Source: Octopus vulgaris
Taxonomy: Eukaryota
Direction of reading: 5' to 3'
Length of the DNA stretch: 64,000 nucleotides
Assembly: GCA_951406725.2 (NCBI GenBank)
Contig: OX597816.1
Span: forward strand, 71,424,001-71,488,000
The notes beneath the pieces are model-generated. The model searched no databases. It was not told the DNA's origin and saw only the letters and a list, made by a program, of their open reading frames with translations. The translations under genes were made by a program, and so were the position numbers. This document shows positions 23,402 through 37,300 of the stretch, in pieces; position 1 is the stretch's first letter; every line of letters begins with the position of its first letter.

Positions 23402-24518
23402 CACCACTGCCTACGACAACTACTATCACTACATACATCACCATCCCACAACCACTACTACTACTACTACTACCACCACCATTACTACTACTACTACTAC
23501 TACCACTGCCTACGACAACTACTACCACTACAAACATCACCATCCCAACAACCACTACCATTACTACTACTACTACTACCACCACCAACACCACAACTAC
23601 TACGTTATAGCAGACACACTGGAAATAAATATATCAGTAAACATTAAAACATGAAAATGTCAAAATGTAAATTTATTTAAATGAAATAATCATCCAACTT
23701 GTGTATAAATAAATAAGAGAGAAGACAAGGGGGAAAAATAATGAAATAATGATTAAACATACATGTGTGTATATATATGAGTGTGTGTGTATGTGTATGC
23801 ATATCTATGTATGCCTAATGTGTATGCATATATGTGCATGTGTGTATATATGTATGCATATATATAAAATTTTAACCATTTTCCATTCCTGCATGTATGT
23901 ATGTTTGTGTGTATGTATATATAAGTTAAAATTATATATATATATATATACACACACATACAAATGTGTGTAGATATATGCATTTGTCTTGTATTTATAT
24001 ATAAAATGTATATATGTATAAATGTGTATATATGCAGTTATGTACATCTATATTTACACATATTCATATATGTGTGCAAGTGTATGTGTGTATATGTATA
24101 TATATATATATGCATATATATATAATGTTATAAATACAAATTTAACTGTGTATAACTATCTATGTATGTGTATATTTACATATGTACAAATAAATGTGAC
24201 AGTGTGTGTGTGTGTGTGTGTGTGTGTGGATGTGTGTATTCATATGGATCTTGAATCTGTTTATACACACACTTACGTGCTCACTCCAGGATGACACCAC
24301 TGAGAGGGTCATTGCTGGAAACAACAGACAGCTAAAGAAAGATGTGTATCCGTGTGTGTGTGTATCTGTGTGTGTGTGTGTGAGACTGTCAAGTTGTTTC
24401 TAGGAAATTTCCTGTTATTTTCCATCTTAAAGCCAATAAGAAATTTCATATATTTTTCTGAGGATTTTAATTTATTTCCTTTTCAAGCCAAAAGCATCTT
24501 TGTTTGCATATGTGATTA

Positions 24519-24550
<32 letters not shown>

Positions 24551-24564
24551 CATGTGTATGAGTG

Positions 24565-24608
<44 letters not shown>

Positions 24609-24644
24609 GACATCATGTATGTGTGTACATACACATACACACAC

Positions 24645-24688
<44 letters not shown>

Positions 24689-25852
24689 TGTGTAGAGTGT
24701 TTGAAGAGGTGTACAGATATTGAATATTGAGAAAAAGGAGGCAGAATTATGGATAATCCTTTATTAGCGCTTTCATTTGTTTATAAACTTGTCAAGACAA
24801 AATCAGAACGGTAAAAACAGAAATGAAATTTCAATGAATTGACCACACCAAATTGAAAAGTAACCCCTCTGTCTGTCTGTTTTTCTCTCTCTCGCTCTCT
24901 CTCTCTCTCTCTATCTATTCTTTCCTCATCTTTTATTATTATTATTATTTCTCTTCTTTCGTGATTGTCCTGACTATGCATCAGAAGTTAGAAGGTTAGT
25001 GACACTGGCTGGGTTTGCGGGAGAAGGGCTAGAGAGAGCAGCCCGGCTGGCGTTTGTGAATGGGTTCCCCGACAATGTAGGGATTCACCTACAATGACTG
25101 CCCGGGATTAAAAAGATGCCGCTGAGCGAACTTATATATATCTCTCTTTCTCTCACCCTATCTATCTATCTATTCTTTCCCCATCCTTTATTATTATTAT
25201 TATTATTATTATTATTTCTCCTCTTTCTTGATTGTCCCCCGAAACCTCTCTCACCATCTACCACCACCCCATCACTTTTCTTTTCTTTCTCTCTCACCCT
25301 TTTTCCAAAAAAAACAAAAAAACAACAGAACAATATTCTCTTCTAAACAAAACAAAATAACGTCCAATTCATATAAATGAACAACAAAACATTCAGTTTT
25401 TACCATTTCGATTTTGTCTTGACAAGTTCGTAAAGGAACGAAAGTGATAATAAAGAATTATCCAAAATTCTGACTGAGTCCTTTTTCTTAATATATATTC
25501 TTTTATTCTTCTATTTGTTTCAGTTATTTGACTCTGGCCATGCTGGAGCACCGCCTTTAGTCATGCAAATTGACCCAGGACTTATTCTTTGTAAGCCTAG
25601 TACTTATTCTATCGGTCTCTCTTGCTGAACTGCTAAGTGAGAGACATAAACACACCAGCATCGGTTGTCAAGCTATGTTGGGGGGACAAAAACAGACACA
25701 CAAACATATGCATACATATACATATATATATATATATATATACGAAAGGCTTCTTTCAGTTTCCGTCTACCAAATCCACTCACAAGGCTATAGCAGAAGA
25801 CACTTACCCAAGGTGCCACACAGTGGAACTGAACAAGGAACCATGCGGTTGG

Positions 25853-25883
<31 letters not shown>

Positions 25884-27352
25884 GCACATACACATGTATA
25901 TACAAACACATAAATAAACATCCACTCATATAGATTACTGCACAGGAAATAATTGGTTTAGAGCAGAACATAAACACGAGTGTGTGTGTATATGTGTGTA
26001 AAGTATGTATGTTCTGCACTAAACCAGTCTTGGAGCGACACAAAGAACATGCGTGCTTAACAACTGAAGGGTTGGGATTTCAACCTTGTTAGATCTCCTC
26101 AGTTTCTCACAGTTTGGTTAGAACTATACTTTTTACTCTTTTACTTGTTTCAGTCATTTGACTGCAGCCATGCTGGAGCACTGCCTTTAGTCGAGCAACT
26201 CGACCCCGGGACTTATTCTTTTGTAAGCCCAGTACTTATTCTATCGGTCTCTTTTGCCGAACCGCTAAGTAACGGGGAAATAAACACACCAGCATTGGTT
26301 GTCAAGCAATGCTAGAGGGACAAACACAGACACACAAACACATACACACACATACATATACATATATACGATGGGCTTCTTTCAGTTTCCATCAACCAAA
26401 TCCACTCAAAAGTCTTTGGTCAGCCCGAGGCTATAGTAGAAGACACTTGCCCAAGGTGCTACGCATTGGGACTGAACCCGGAACCATGTGGTTGGTAAAC
26501 AAGCTACTTACCACACAGCCACTCCTACGCCTATGGAATGTTAGCATGCCGGGCAAAATGCTTATTTTTAAGCATTTTGGTGCTTAATAAATTGAGTACC
26601 AGTTGCGTACTGGATAACTGCATACTTAATAAATTAAGTACCAGTTGCATAATTTACTTTTGATCTTAACTGATTGGAAGTGTTATCACGGACATTGTTT
26701 TGTATTGGTATAAAAGGTGGGTTAGAGCAAATATTCTGCTCAATACCACAGATTTGCTTGTCAGTTGTTTGACCATAACCAGTTGACCATGTTATTTAGT
26801 GGCTGATGATATGTGCATCTCTGACCACGAGCAGAAGTAGTTGGGGAGCATCATAGCTGTGCGTTGAAAGGAATTCTTAGAGGTTTGGATAATTCACCTT
26901 TGGAAACATGGGTGTTTCATTCAACATCCTTAAACAACCCTTATTCAGGGACCTTTTGAGCGGGATGGGTTACTTGACCAGAAGAAAATTCTAACTGGGT
27001 CCCACCTGCAAGGTCATGCGCTGTTTATCTTAATATGGGATCACCATGACGCGCACATTTGGTTGTGATGCATGTGCCTGATGTGCTCTTATCAGATGGG
27101 TAGTCATGATGGGTATACTGGGCTTCGTATATTTTACCCCAGTGTCACTTTGATGGCATGCACTGCTCTCTCACTCAATAATAATAATAATAATAATAAT
27201 TTTAATTTAACTTTAAAAAAAAAAAAAAAGATGAACGAACTATTGAGTTTGGTTTAATGGCCTACCAATAGTATACTATGAGTTTCTTTGCCCTAGGAGT
27301 CGGGAAGACACTCGGCAAGAAATGGAAGCAAATTTGAAAGAAGAAAAAAAAA

Positions 27353-27396
<44 letters not shown>

Positions 27397-28298
27397 AAGG
27401 ATTTCTAACTTAGGCACAGAGACAGAAATTTTGAGGAGAGATATAGGTAATTACATCAACCTCAGAATTTGTCAAATACTTTATTTTATCAGCAAATGGA
27501 AAATATCTTTTTTTTTAAATTAAAAAAAAAAAAAGAAGTTTAGTTGACATAAGAAGGATTTGAACTAAGAACATAAAGCTAATGTAACTGAATATCTCAT
27601 CCGAAACTCAACTGATTCTGTCATTCATTGCTCTAACAAAAACAATCTTTCTTTTATTCTAAGTTCAAACTGTTCTTGACAACAATACGTATTTAGTTTT
27701 CTAACAGCTAACATTAGTGATTATGTTCTATTGGAGATTATCTGATCCCCTCTAATACCTTGGATAACAGTAGCTTTGTCTAACTCATCACACACATTCA
27801 TATGTCACTATTGTTTATCCCTTCTTAATAAACATCTTGGGATTATAACTGCTTTTATATTTCATTGAAACTGCTGCGGCATTTTCTTGAGCTTTCAACT
27901 ATCATTGTTACAATTTACTTTATGTTATAACTTTAACATTTAACCCTTTCAATACCAACATGTCTGAAACCATCTCTGGCTCTGTAGTACAAATGTCTTG
28001 TTTTCATATGTTTTAAATTAAAATCTTCTGCTAAACCTTCGGCACAATTTATGTTCCTAACACCAACTTAATGATAACTAAGTTATTTTACTAAATTCTT
28101 TGTTATACTCTTTACTCTTTTACTTGTTTCAGTCATTTGACTGCGGCCATGCTGGAGCACCGCCTTTAATCGAGCATCTCGACCGCAGGACTTATTCTTT
28201 TGTAAGCCCAGTACGTATTCTATCGCTAAGTAACGGGGACATAAACACACCAGCATCGGTTGTGAAGCAATGCTAGGGGGATAAACACAGACACACGA

Positions 28299-28329
<31 letters not shown>

Positions 28330-31300
28330 CATATATACGATGGGCTTCTTTCAGTTTCTGTCTACCAAATCCACTCACAAGGCTTTGGTCGGCCCAAGGC
28401 TATAGTAGAAGACACTTGCCCAAGGTGCCACGCAGTGGGACTGAACCTGGAACCATGTGGTTGGTAAAGAAGCTACTTACCACACAGCCACTCCTGCGCC
28501 TATATTCAAAATTATGGTAAAAAGGTTAAAAATAAACGAGTCACAACTTTGATTGAGATAACTGTTGTCGTCTTCATCTTCTTCTTCTTCTTCCAATCAG
28601 GACTCACGCCATTAGCCACAAAGAATAATCTCTAATTCGAGCCTACTCTAAGCTACTAAGAATGAATGTGGCAACTTGAAGGTCCACCCACCACATGCAA
28701 TAGACTGGTGGCTGCACGGGTGCAAAAGCTACATTGTTATCCTCATTCCATAAACGGTGGCTTTTAACGGGTGGAGAGCTGAACCATCCTGGGGTACAGA
28801 GGATTCGCAATCTAGACTAGTGTCTGAAACTTTAGCACACCATAGTGGGTTACACCATGGTTCCTCTGCTTTGTGGCAGAAGTAGGAAGAAAGAGTGAGA
28901 GAAAGTTGTGGTGAAAGAGTACAGTGGGGTTTCTCCACTCCCACCCCTGCCGGAGCCTTGTGGAGCTTAGGTGTTTTTGCTCAATAAACACTCACAATGC
29001 CCGGTCTGGGAATTGAAACTTATGACCACAAGTCTGCTGCCCTAACCACTGAGCCATTGTGCCTCCACTACTACTGTTGTTGTTGCTGCCATAAACACGG
29101 TTTAACCCTAGGTGAACCCTTATGAATAAGGGTATTTCTGCCATAATCATCCTAAACACTATAAAGTATGAAGGGTGCTTAAAAGTTCCTGGCTTTGGGT
29201 AAAAGAAAATACAAAAGAATCAGTTAATTATGATTTTATTCAGCATATTCCATTCCCTGATTCACACACTTATTGCAGCAGTCTTTCAGTTTTACTAAGC
29301 CCTGTAAAAGATCTCAAAAGGTTGGGCCTCCAACCAAGCCCTTTGTAATACCTTTAAAGCCAGGAACTTTTCAGCACCCCGCATATGTCTTGGATTACAT
29401 TAATGTATCCATTTATGGTTTTCTTTTTATTAAAGACAGCAAGGAGAAGTTTTGAAGGAGACTTGGCTGTTATTTCAAGCAAATTGAAGTATCTTACATA
29501 CTCCCTCATGACCTCAAAGGTCTGGGAATATGTACAACAAGTTTTTTTTTTGTAATGATTTGGCAAATGGCATTGATACACCATCTCAGAACTTTGTAGA
29601 ATCTCTCAAGTGGAGAAGATATATTTCCTCTTTTCTACTTTGTAAATTATCGAAAGAAAAAATGGTGACCAGAGATTGTATATTTTGTCTAGCCATTGTT
29701 TACATAACTAATATTACTTCCCATATACTAAAAAAAAAATTGTGACTTTCTAAATAAGTCTAAGCTTTGATGGATGTAGTAGTTGTTGTTGTTGTTGTTG
29801 TTGTTGTTTTTATTGTGTAATCTCTGGTTAGTTCTGACTAAGCAAATCTGCGGATTATAGACATTCTAGCAGTCATCATCTCACCTTTCTTTAAAGCATA
29901 ACGCATTCAAAACTACAATATCTTTGATACATATGTCTCCATTCCTTTATATTTTTTGAATACTATCATGTATGATTTAAGGGAAATTTGGCTGCTATTT
30001 CTAGCAGTCTGAGTGTCCTCCTAGTTAGTTGGTCTGGCTGCCATTCTAGTTTGTTTGTATTCTGCTATTGGTGACTGATAGGATTTTCTCAGTCTGTACA
30101 GTGTACTGAAATGGTTTTAGAGAAGGATTATGCTTGCTTACTACAGTATTTAGGTTATATATTCATTAAGGACATAGTGTTTGATTATGTAATTTAATCC
30201 CTTGGGAGAGATAATGGAGGGAGGAGAAATACTGTCAGAAATATTTATGTGCAAATAAATATCTCATGTTTTTTACTAAGGTATGGCCGTGTGGTAAGGA
30301 GTCTGCTTCTCAACTGCATGACTGGGTTCAGTCCCACAGTAGGGAACCTTAGACAAGTATCTTCTATAGCCCTGGATCAACCAAAGTCTAAAGAGTGAAC
30401 TTGGCAGCCAGAAACTGAAATAAGCCTGTTGTATGTATGTATGTATATCTCTTCTATTTTTTAATTATCATAAATCTTCCACTGATGATGATTTCACTTA
30501 AGCATAACAATATTAACAGCCAGTTGTTTGAACTCAATATACGTGTACTTTAGAGTAAAGCATTAGGCAAGTACAGGGCTTAATATTAATTAAGAAGTGA
30601 CAAGAGAACAGGAGTCACACAGTCATATTCATTAGCTTACAACTGTTTCTGTTGCAGAAAGCAGTCCACATAGAGCTGAGTTATTGGGCAACATCCAATA
30701 GGTTCCTTGGATGTTTTTTTTTTTATCTTTTATTTGTTTTAATTATTAGTCTGTGGCCAGGCTGGGGCATCGTCTTCAAGAATTTAGCTGAACAAATCAA
30801 CCCCCAGTACTTATGTTTTGTAAAGCCTGGAACTTATTCTATTGGTCTCTTTTGCTGAATTGCTAAGTTACAGGGGCATAAACACACCAACACTGGCTGT
30901 CAACAAGTGGTTGGGGAGAAACACAGACACAAATGCTCACATACACACACAAGTGCTCACACACACACACACACAAAGGCTTATACACACACGCACAAAG
31001 GCTTACACACACATAAAGGCTCACATACACACACACAAAGGCTCACACATACACACACAAAGGCTCACACATACAAACATATATAAGCAACAGGCTTCTT
31101 TTAGTTTCCGTCTACCAAATCCACTCACAAGGCTTTGGTTGGACCGAGGCTGGAGTAGAAGACTGAACTTGGAACCATGGCATTAAGAGGCAAAATTCTT
31201 ACCACACACACACACACATACACAATAGGCTTCTTTCAGTTTCTAGAGCAGAAGACAAGACACTTGTACAAATTGCCAGGCTGTGGGATTGATCCTGAAA

Positions 31301-34300
31301 TCATGGGATTGGGAAGTGAATTTAAGCCACAATTCTAATATAAGAAACAAACTAAGAAGCTAAATGACTTACCACAAATGGTGGAACACAAACACTCAAA
31401 GAATATACAGCTTCATCAGAAACTTCAGCATGAAATGCAAAATCCACAAAAAGACTTTCTTTTGAAGAATGTGAGAGCTCAGCATCTATACAAGAAAAGT
31501 TGTTCCGTCGCATTGGGAAGACATTTGTCCATCTACAAAAGACAAAAAAAAAAAAGCCATAAAGTTATATGATGAAATAAATATTTATTTCAAAACATTG
31601 CATATTTTAAAGAAAAAAACAGTCAAAGAAAAATATCAAAACAAAGAAAAAAATGATAATTGATTTTTAAAAATGGTTGAGACTTTTGGAATTTTGACCA
31701 ATTTCTATTTGACAAAAGAAACTGATAGAATAAGTGTCAAAGCTAAAAAAATAAGTACTAGGGATGATTTGTTAATCAAAAACTCTTTAAGGTGATGCCC
31801 CAGCATGGCTGTAGTGCAATGACTGGAACATGTAAAAGGATCAGGTCAGGTCAGGGATGGGAGCACCTGTTTTTTAATCTTTTATCTTTTGCTTGTTTCA
31901 GTCATCAGATTGTGGCCATGCTGGAACACCACTTTGAGGAATTTTAATTGAATGAATTGACCTAAGTACTTGCTTTATTTTAAGCTTGGTGCTTATTCTA
32001 TTGGTCTCTTTTGCTGAACTGTTAAGTCAAAAGGATGTAAACACACCAACACCGGTTGTCAAGCAGTGGAGGAGGAACAAACAGACACATGTATACCAAA
32101 TCCACTCACAAGGCTTTAGTATTGGATATTATATAGGTGGTGAGCTGGCAGAAGTGTTAGTACACTGGGCGAAATGCTTAGCGGTATTTCATCTGTCTTT
32201 ATGTTCTGAGTTCAAATTCCACCGAGGTTGACTTTGCCTTTCATCCTCTCAAGGTCAATAAATTAAGTACCAGTTGCATACAGGGGTTGATCTAATCAAT
32301 TGCCCCCCCCCCTCCCCCAAAATTTCAGGCCTTGTGCTTAGAGTAGAAAAGTACTGGATATTGTTATACACCGCTAGTAACAATGCACTTCCTCACACAC
32401 TTGTAGCTTTTGAATGATGCCACCCCACCGGCATATAATTTTGACAGATGAGTCATCATTAGTAGACAGTGGCAGTTTCCTTGCATGAAAATTCAATGGT
32501 TCTTCAGTCTGCTATATTGGAATGAATTTAATTAGAACAACAAGTAATGGATGAAGACTTTCCTGTCATTAGTCAACAACAGAACACAAGTTAACAGATG
32601 AAAGCTTTCCTTTTATTTGTCAGCAGCACAAGTGTTGTTTCAATCTCACATTATCACAAGTATTAATTAGCAATAAATCGAGAACTTCGTTTGGCTTAGA
32701 ACAAGGGAACTCACTCTCAGGATAATAATGCTCTTATTCACCAGGTCATCGATCAGGAGAGACATCAAACTGATCAAAACACAACATAGATATAAACATT
32801 AAAAACACTATTTAATCATTTAAGATGAAATTAATAGTCCATAAAATTATTATCTTAAAAATTGATTAGCTAGACAGTTGTTAAATCTTCACTTGTAGTA
32901 TCTGCTTCATGTTTAGCCAAACGTCATTTTCCAATACTAAATCGATCAATTAAGTTTTGACTGAACTTGGTAGGGGTAAAGGAACCAGGCAAATATTAGG
33001 GGTGTTTGAAAGAAATAAACAAATACATGTAGCAAGTAACTGCATCTAGAAATATATCCAAAGACCCAGCCTTCAGTAGTGACATTGCAATGAGTAACTG
33101 TTTTTAAAATAAGCATAAAGTCACAAATATGGGGAAGAAGTAGTTATTGGTTAAATTATTAAATTTAATTATCAAAATTGACACCAGTATTTGACTGGTA
33201 TTCTATTTTATTGACCCCCATATAGATGAAATGTGAAGGCACAATGGCTCATTGGTTAGGGCAGCAGACTTGCAGTCGGAGGATCACGGTTCGATTCCTA
33301 GACTGGGTGTTGTGTGTGTTTATTGAGCAAAAACACCTAAAGCTCTACAAGGCTCTAGCAGGGGGTGGTGGCGACCCCTGTTGTACTCTTTCACCCCAAC
33401 TTTCTCTCACTCTTTCTTCCTGTTTCTTGAGTAATGTTGCGATGGACTGGTGTCCTGTCCAGCTGGGGGGGGGGGGGACACATACGCCACAGAAACCGAG
33501 AAACTGGGCCCATGAGCCTGGCTAGGCTTGAAAAGGGCGCATAAATAAAACAATAAGATGGATGAAATGTACAGTTAACCTTGGCAGGATTTGAAAGAAG
33601 AATGTAAAGAATGTAAATTTCAAGACTAAAACAATTTAACCCTTTTGTTACCATGTTTCTGTTGAGATACTCTGTATTTCTTTCAATTAATTTTAAATAT
33701 AACAAAGAATTTAGTAAAATAACTTAATTATCATTAAGCTAGTGTTAGGAACATAAATTGTGACTAAGGTTTGGTGGAAGATTTTAATTCAAAACTTACG
33801 AAAACATGACATTTGTACTACAGAGCCAGAGGCAGTTTCAGCCGGGTTGGTATCAAAAGGGTTAAGAATTGTTTCTCTGTTATATATTTTAACCCTTTCA
33901 TTACCATATTTCTGTTGAGATGCTCTGTGTTTCTTTCAATTAATTTTAGATATAACAAAGAATTTAGTAAAATAACTTAGTTATCATTCAGTTAGTTTTA
34001 GGAACATAAATTGTGACTAAAGTTTGGTGGAAGATTTTAATTCAGAACTTTTGAAAACAAGACATTTGTACCACAGAGCCAGAGGCAGTTTCAGCTGAGT
34101 TGGTAATGAAAAGGTTAACAAGGTGATGGATGCAAATATTCTCCTTTGATAGCAATACAAGTTAACAAATGAAAGTATTGTCCTCATTTGTTAGCAGTGT
34201 ATGTGAGTGTGGGTAATGAGTATGTTTGTGTCTCCTTGTCTTTAGGTCATGTGATAGCTGTAAATGATTGTCACTGTCATACAAGCAGTGTCGTTCAGTT

Positions 34301-37300
34301 CCAGTTTTCTGTGAGAACATGTCTGACTGTGAAGAAGGGCATACAGCTGTAGAAAATCTGCTTCAATAATCTCTGTGTAACCCATGCAAGGTGGACACAC
34401 ATGCGCACACACAAAGTAAATATTTCCTAAGAAATTTTGATATGAGTTCAAGTTTAAATTCCAAATTCAAGGGAAGTCAACTTTGTCTTTCATATTTTCA
34501 TGGCTGATAAAATAAGTACCAGTTGAACACTGGGATTGCTGTAATTAATTAGTCCCTCTACCAAAATTTCAAACCTTGTACCTATAGTAGAAAGGATTAG
34601 TGGAGATATTGTTTTCAGTCGTGTTTGTTTGTATGTTTGTTCGTCCGTGGACAAGAAATCTCAAAAACCACTGCATGGATTCAGATGAAACTTCCAGTGA
34701 TGTTTGGTTTCATGACTGGCATGGACTGATTAGATTTTGGGATCGATCAGGTACTAGACAAGGATTTTGGATTATTTTTCCAGTTTTTTTTACTTAATTT
34801 TTAAGAGAGGTCAGGTTCATTTTTAGTATTCTTGTTTGTTAGAGCAGTCGAGTTTATTTCAGATATGCTCATTTTAAAAATCATCCCCAGCTAATCGTTG
34901 AGAGGATGTTGGTGTTGCCTTGGCAGAGGTTTGTGCTCTCTGAGTGCTCGTTATCATTATTTTCATTAGCATCTTTCAATTCTGTTTCCATTTCTTGCCG
35001 AGTGTCTTCTTGACCCCTAGGGCAGAGAAATGTACTGTATACATTGGTAAGCCATTAAGCTAAACACACCAGAATGTTCATTTATAAAGTCATGTGATAG
35101 AGAAAAAAGGGGGAAGACAGAGAGAAGAAGGAAAAAATAAAAGTAAACAAATAAAATAAAGGGGGGAAAAAAGAAAGAGAATTCACAGCGACAATGCTTT
35201 TCTCAATACTTGTGACGTTCCAGTTAAGACAATGAGTTAAGACAATGAGTTAAGACAATGTCTATCCATACAGGATAATATCTAACCCAGGTACTTAGCA
35301 AACAACCTAGAGCGGATGTGTCTCAAATCTAGCCCACCGCCTCACAAAATTTACTGATCACTGCTCTACATGCTTGTTCAACCTAACAGAAATAGCAGAC
35401 AAATCTCCCACAAATCACATGCTATCTTCTTACAAAAGGAAGCAATTAGATTGGGCACACACACACACACACACACACATGCGCACACATACACACAAAA
35501 AAAAAGAAAATAGCATGGTTAGGACATAACTTGAATGCCTTTTGGTCATAGACATGCTTGATCAAGGATCATAGCTAACCTGGGGCTAAATACTAGCACA
35601 CTTTATCAGCTCTGTAAGGACATGGAAAATTAAAATGAAAAATAACAAGATTAAATTCCGAATTCTAGGGGACTCCACAGCTTCAAATGTTTTGTAAAGC
35701 CACCCACAGGTCTGTCTTAATTAAAAGCTTGTCTTAATTAGATAATGGATCAGATTTCGCTTGTGAATGACCTGTACAATCACACCCCAATCTGACATTT
35801 CAGCCTTATAGAAAAACATGTCTGTCAACTTATAACCCAAACAATTAGACATCTATTCTAGCTATGAAGTGTATACGCATTGTTGTGATAGCTTTGTTTA
35901 TGTATCACAGTGATAGGTCTTATTACAATTTCTTTATAACAAACACTAGTCAAACATACCACCGCCCTGATCTGGATAAACAGGAATTCTATTTTAAAAT
36001 TCGGTAACCAGTTACGAATCTAAATCCAACACTGTTGTCTTTTAAAACAGTCTATTTTGAAGCAGCACAAGTCTCAAGAATGCTAGAATTTCTTTTTTGG
36101 CTTGAATTTTTTTTTTACTGATTGACATAAAATAAACTGTTAGTTAGAAACTTTGCAATGTTAATGATGATGAGAATAATGTTGATAGGGATGATAATGA
36201 TGTTGATGATGAGGATGATCATGAGAGAGAGCATATAGTTGTTTAGCCCCAGGTCAGCCCTGATCTAAGAGGCCTTAGAGCAAAGGGGTTGTAGTCACAA
36301 ACATCCTAGCTTTCAATATAGCAGAGATTAGATTATCCAATATTTTCTTCCCTTTCTATCTAGGATGGTAAGATGTGATTTGGGGGAGATTTGGTTGCTA
36401 CTTCTAGCAGGTAGCATAACCACATAGAGGCTCCACTAGCAGTTTTAAAGATGGGTGGTTATGGAGAATTTTTTTACAAGTCAACTTTCATAAAAATATT
36501 GTGTAATTAAGAAGCTATTTTGCCACTGCCACATGGTTTCAGGTTCAGACCTACTACATGGTACCAGGGGCAAGTATCCCCTACAATAGCTCTGGGTCAA
36601 CCAATGCCTTGTGACTGACTTTGGTGGATGAAAATTGAAAGAAGCCTGTCACATATGTGTGTGTATGCGTATGTGCATGTGTGTGTGTCTGTGTGTGTGT
36701 GTGTGTGTGTGCATGTTTATGTGTGTGTGTTTTTGTGTTTGTTCCACCACCACTTAATAACTGGTGTGGGCTTGTTTATGTCCCTGAGACTTAGCTGTTC
36801 AGCAAAAGAACCAATAAAATATGTACCGAAATTCAAAGCAATACGTTCAAACTGCATCAGCCAAGGCAGTGCTCCAGCATGGCTACAGTCTGATGACCGA
36901 AACAAGTAAAAGATAAAAGAATACTTTTGGTGAAGTGTGGTCATTTTAATTCTAACCTTTGACCTTGGATTGGTATAATTATTAGAAATAAATTAAACCA
37001 ATGACTGACTCACTGTAAATCTATAACCAAAGAAGTTATTGTCCACATGTCAGGATATTACACCAACAACAACAACAACAAAATGTACTAAAATAAGTCA
37101 TATTTGGTACATTCACTAATTGTCGTTAATTTATTGGAGGAAAGTACTTCCCTCTCCGGCCTCACCTTATTCTAATTGTACTTGAAAAAAAAACTAGGAT
37201 GAAGGATTGGCTAGATAGGAAAAGACATGTTCTGAAATTGCTCAGTCTTGTCTATTATAATATCTCTTTCACAATAGCCATCAGACAATGGAAATCTATT

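Noticed and set aside
23175-23654. Thr-rich mucin-like ORF and the opposite Val-rich ORFs
   Set aside because: Translation of trinucleotide microsatellite; no supporting splice structure or domain.
31378-31572. Plus-strand 64-aa ORF
   Set aside because: Antisense shadow of real minus-strand exon 2.
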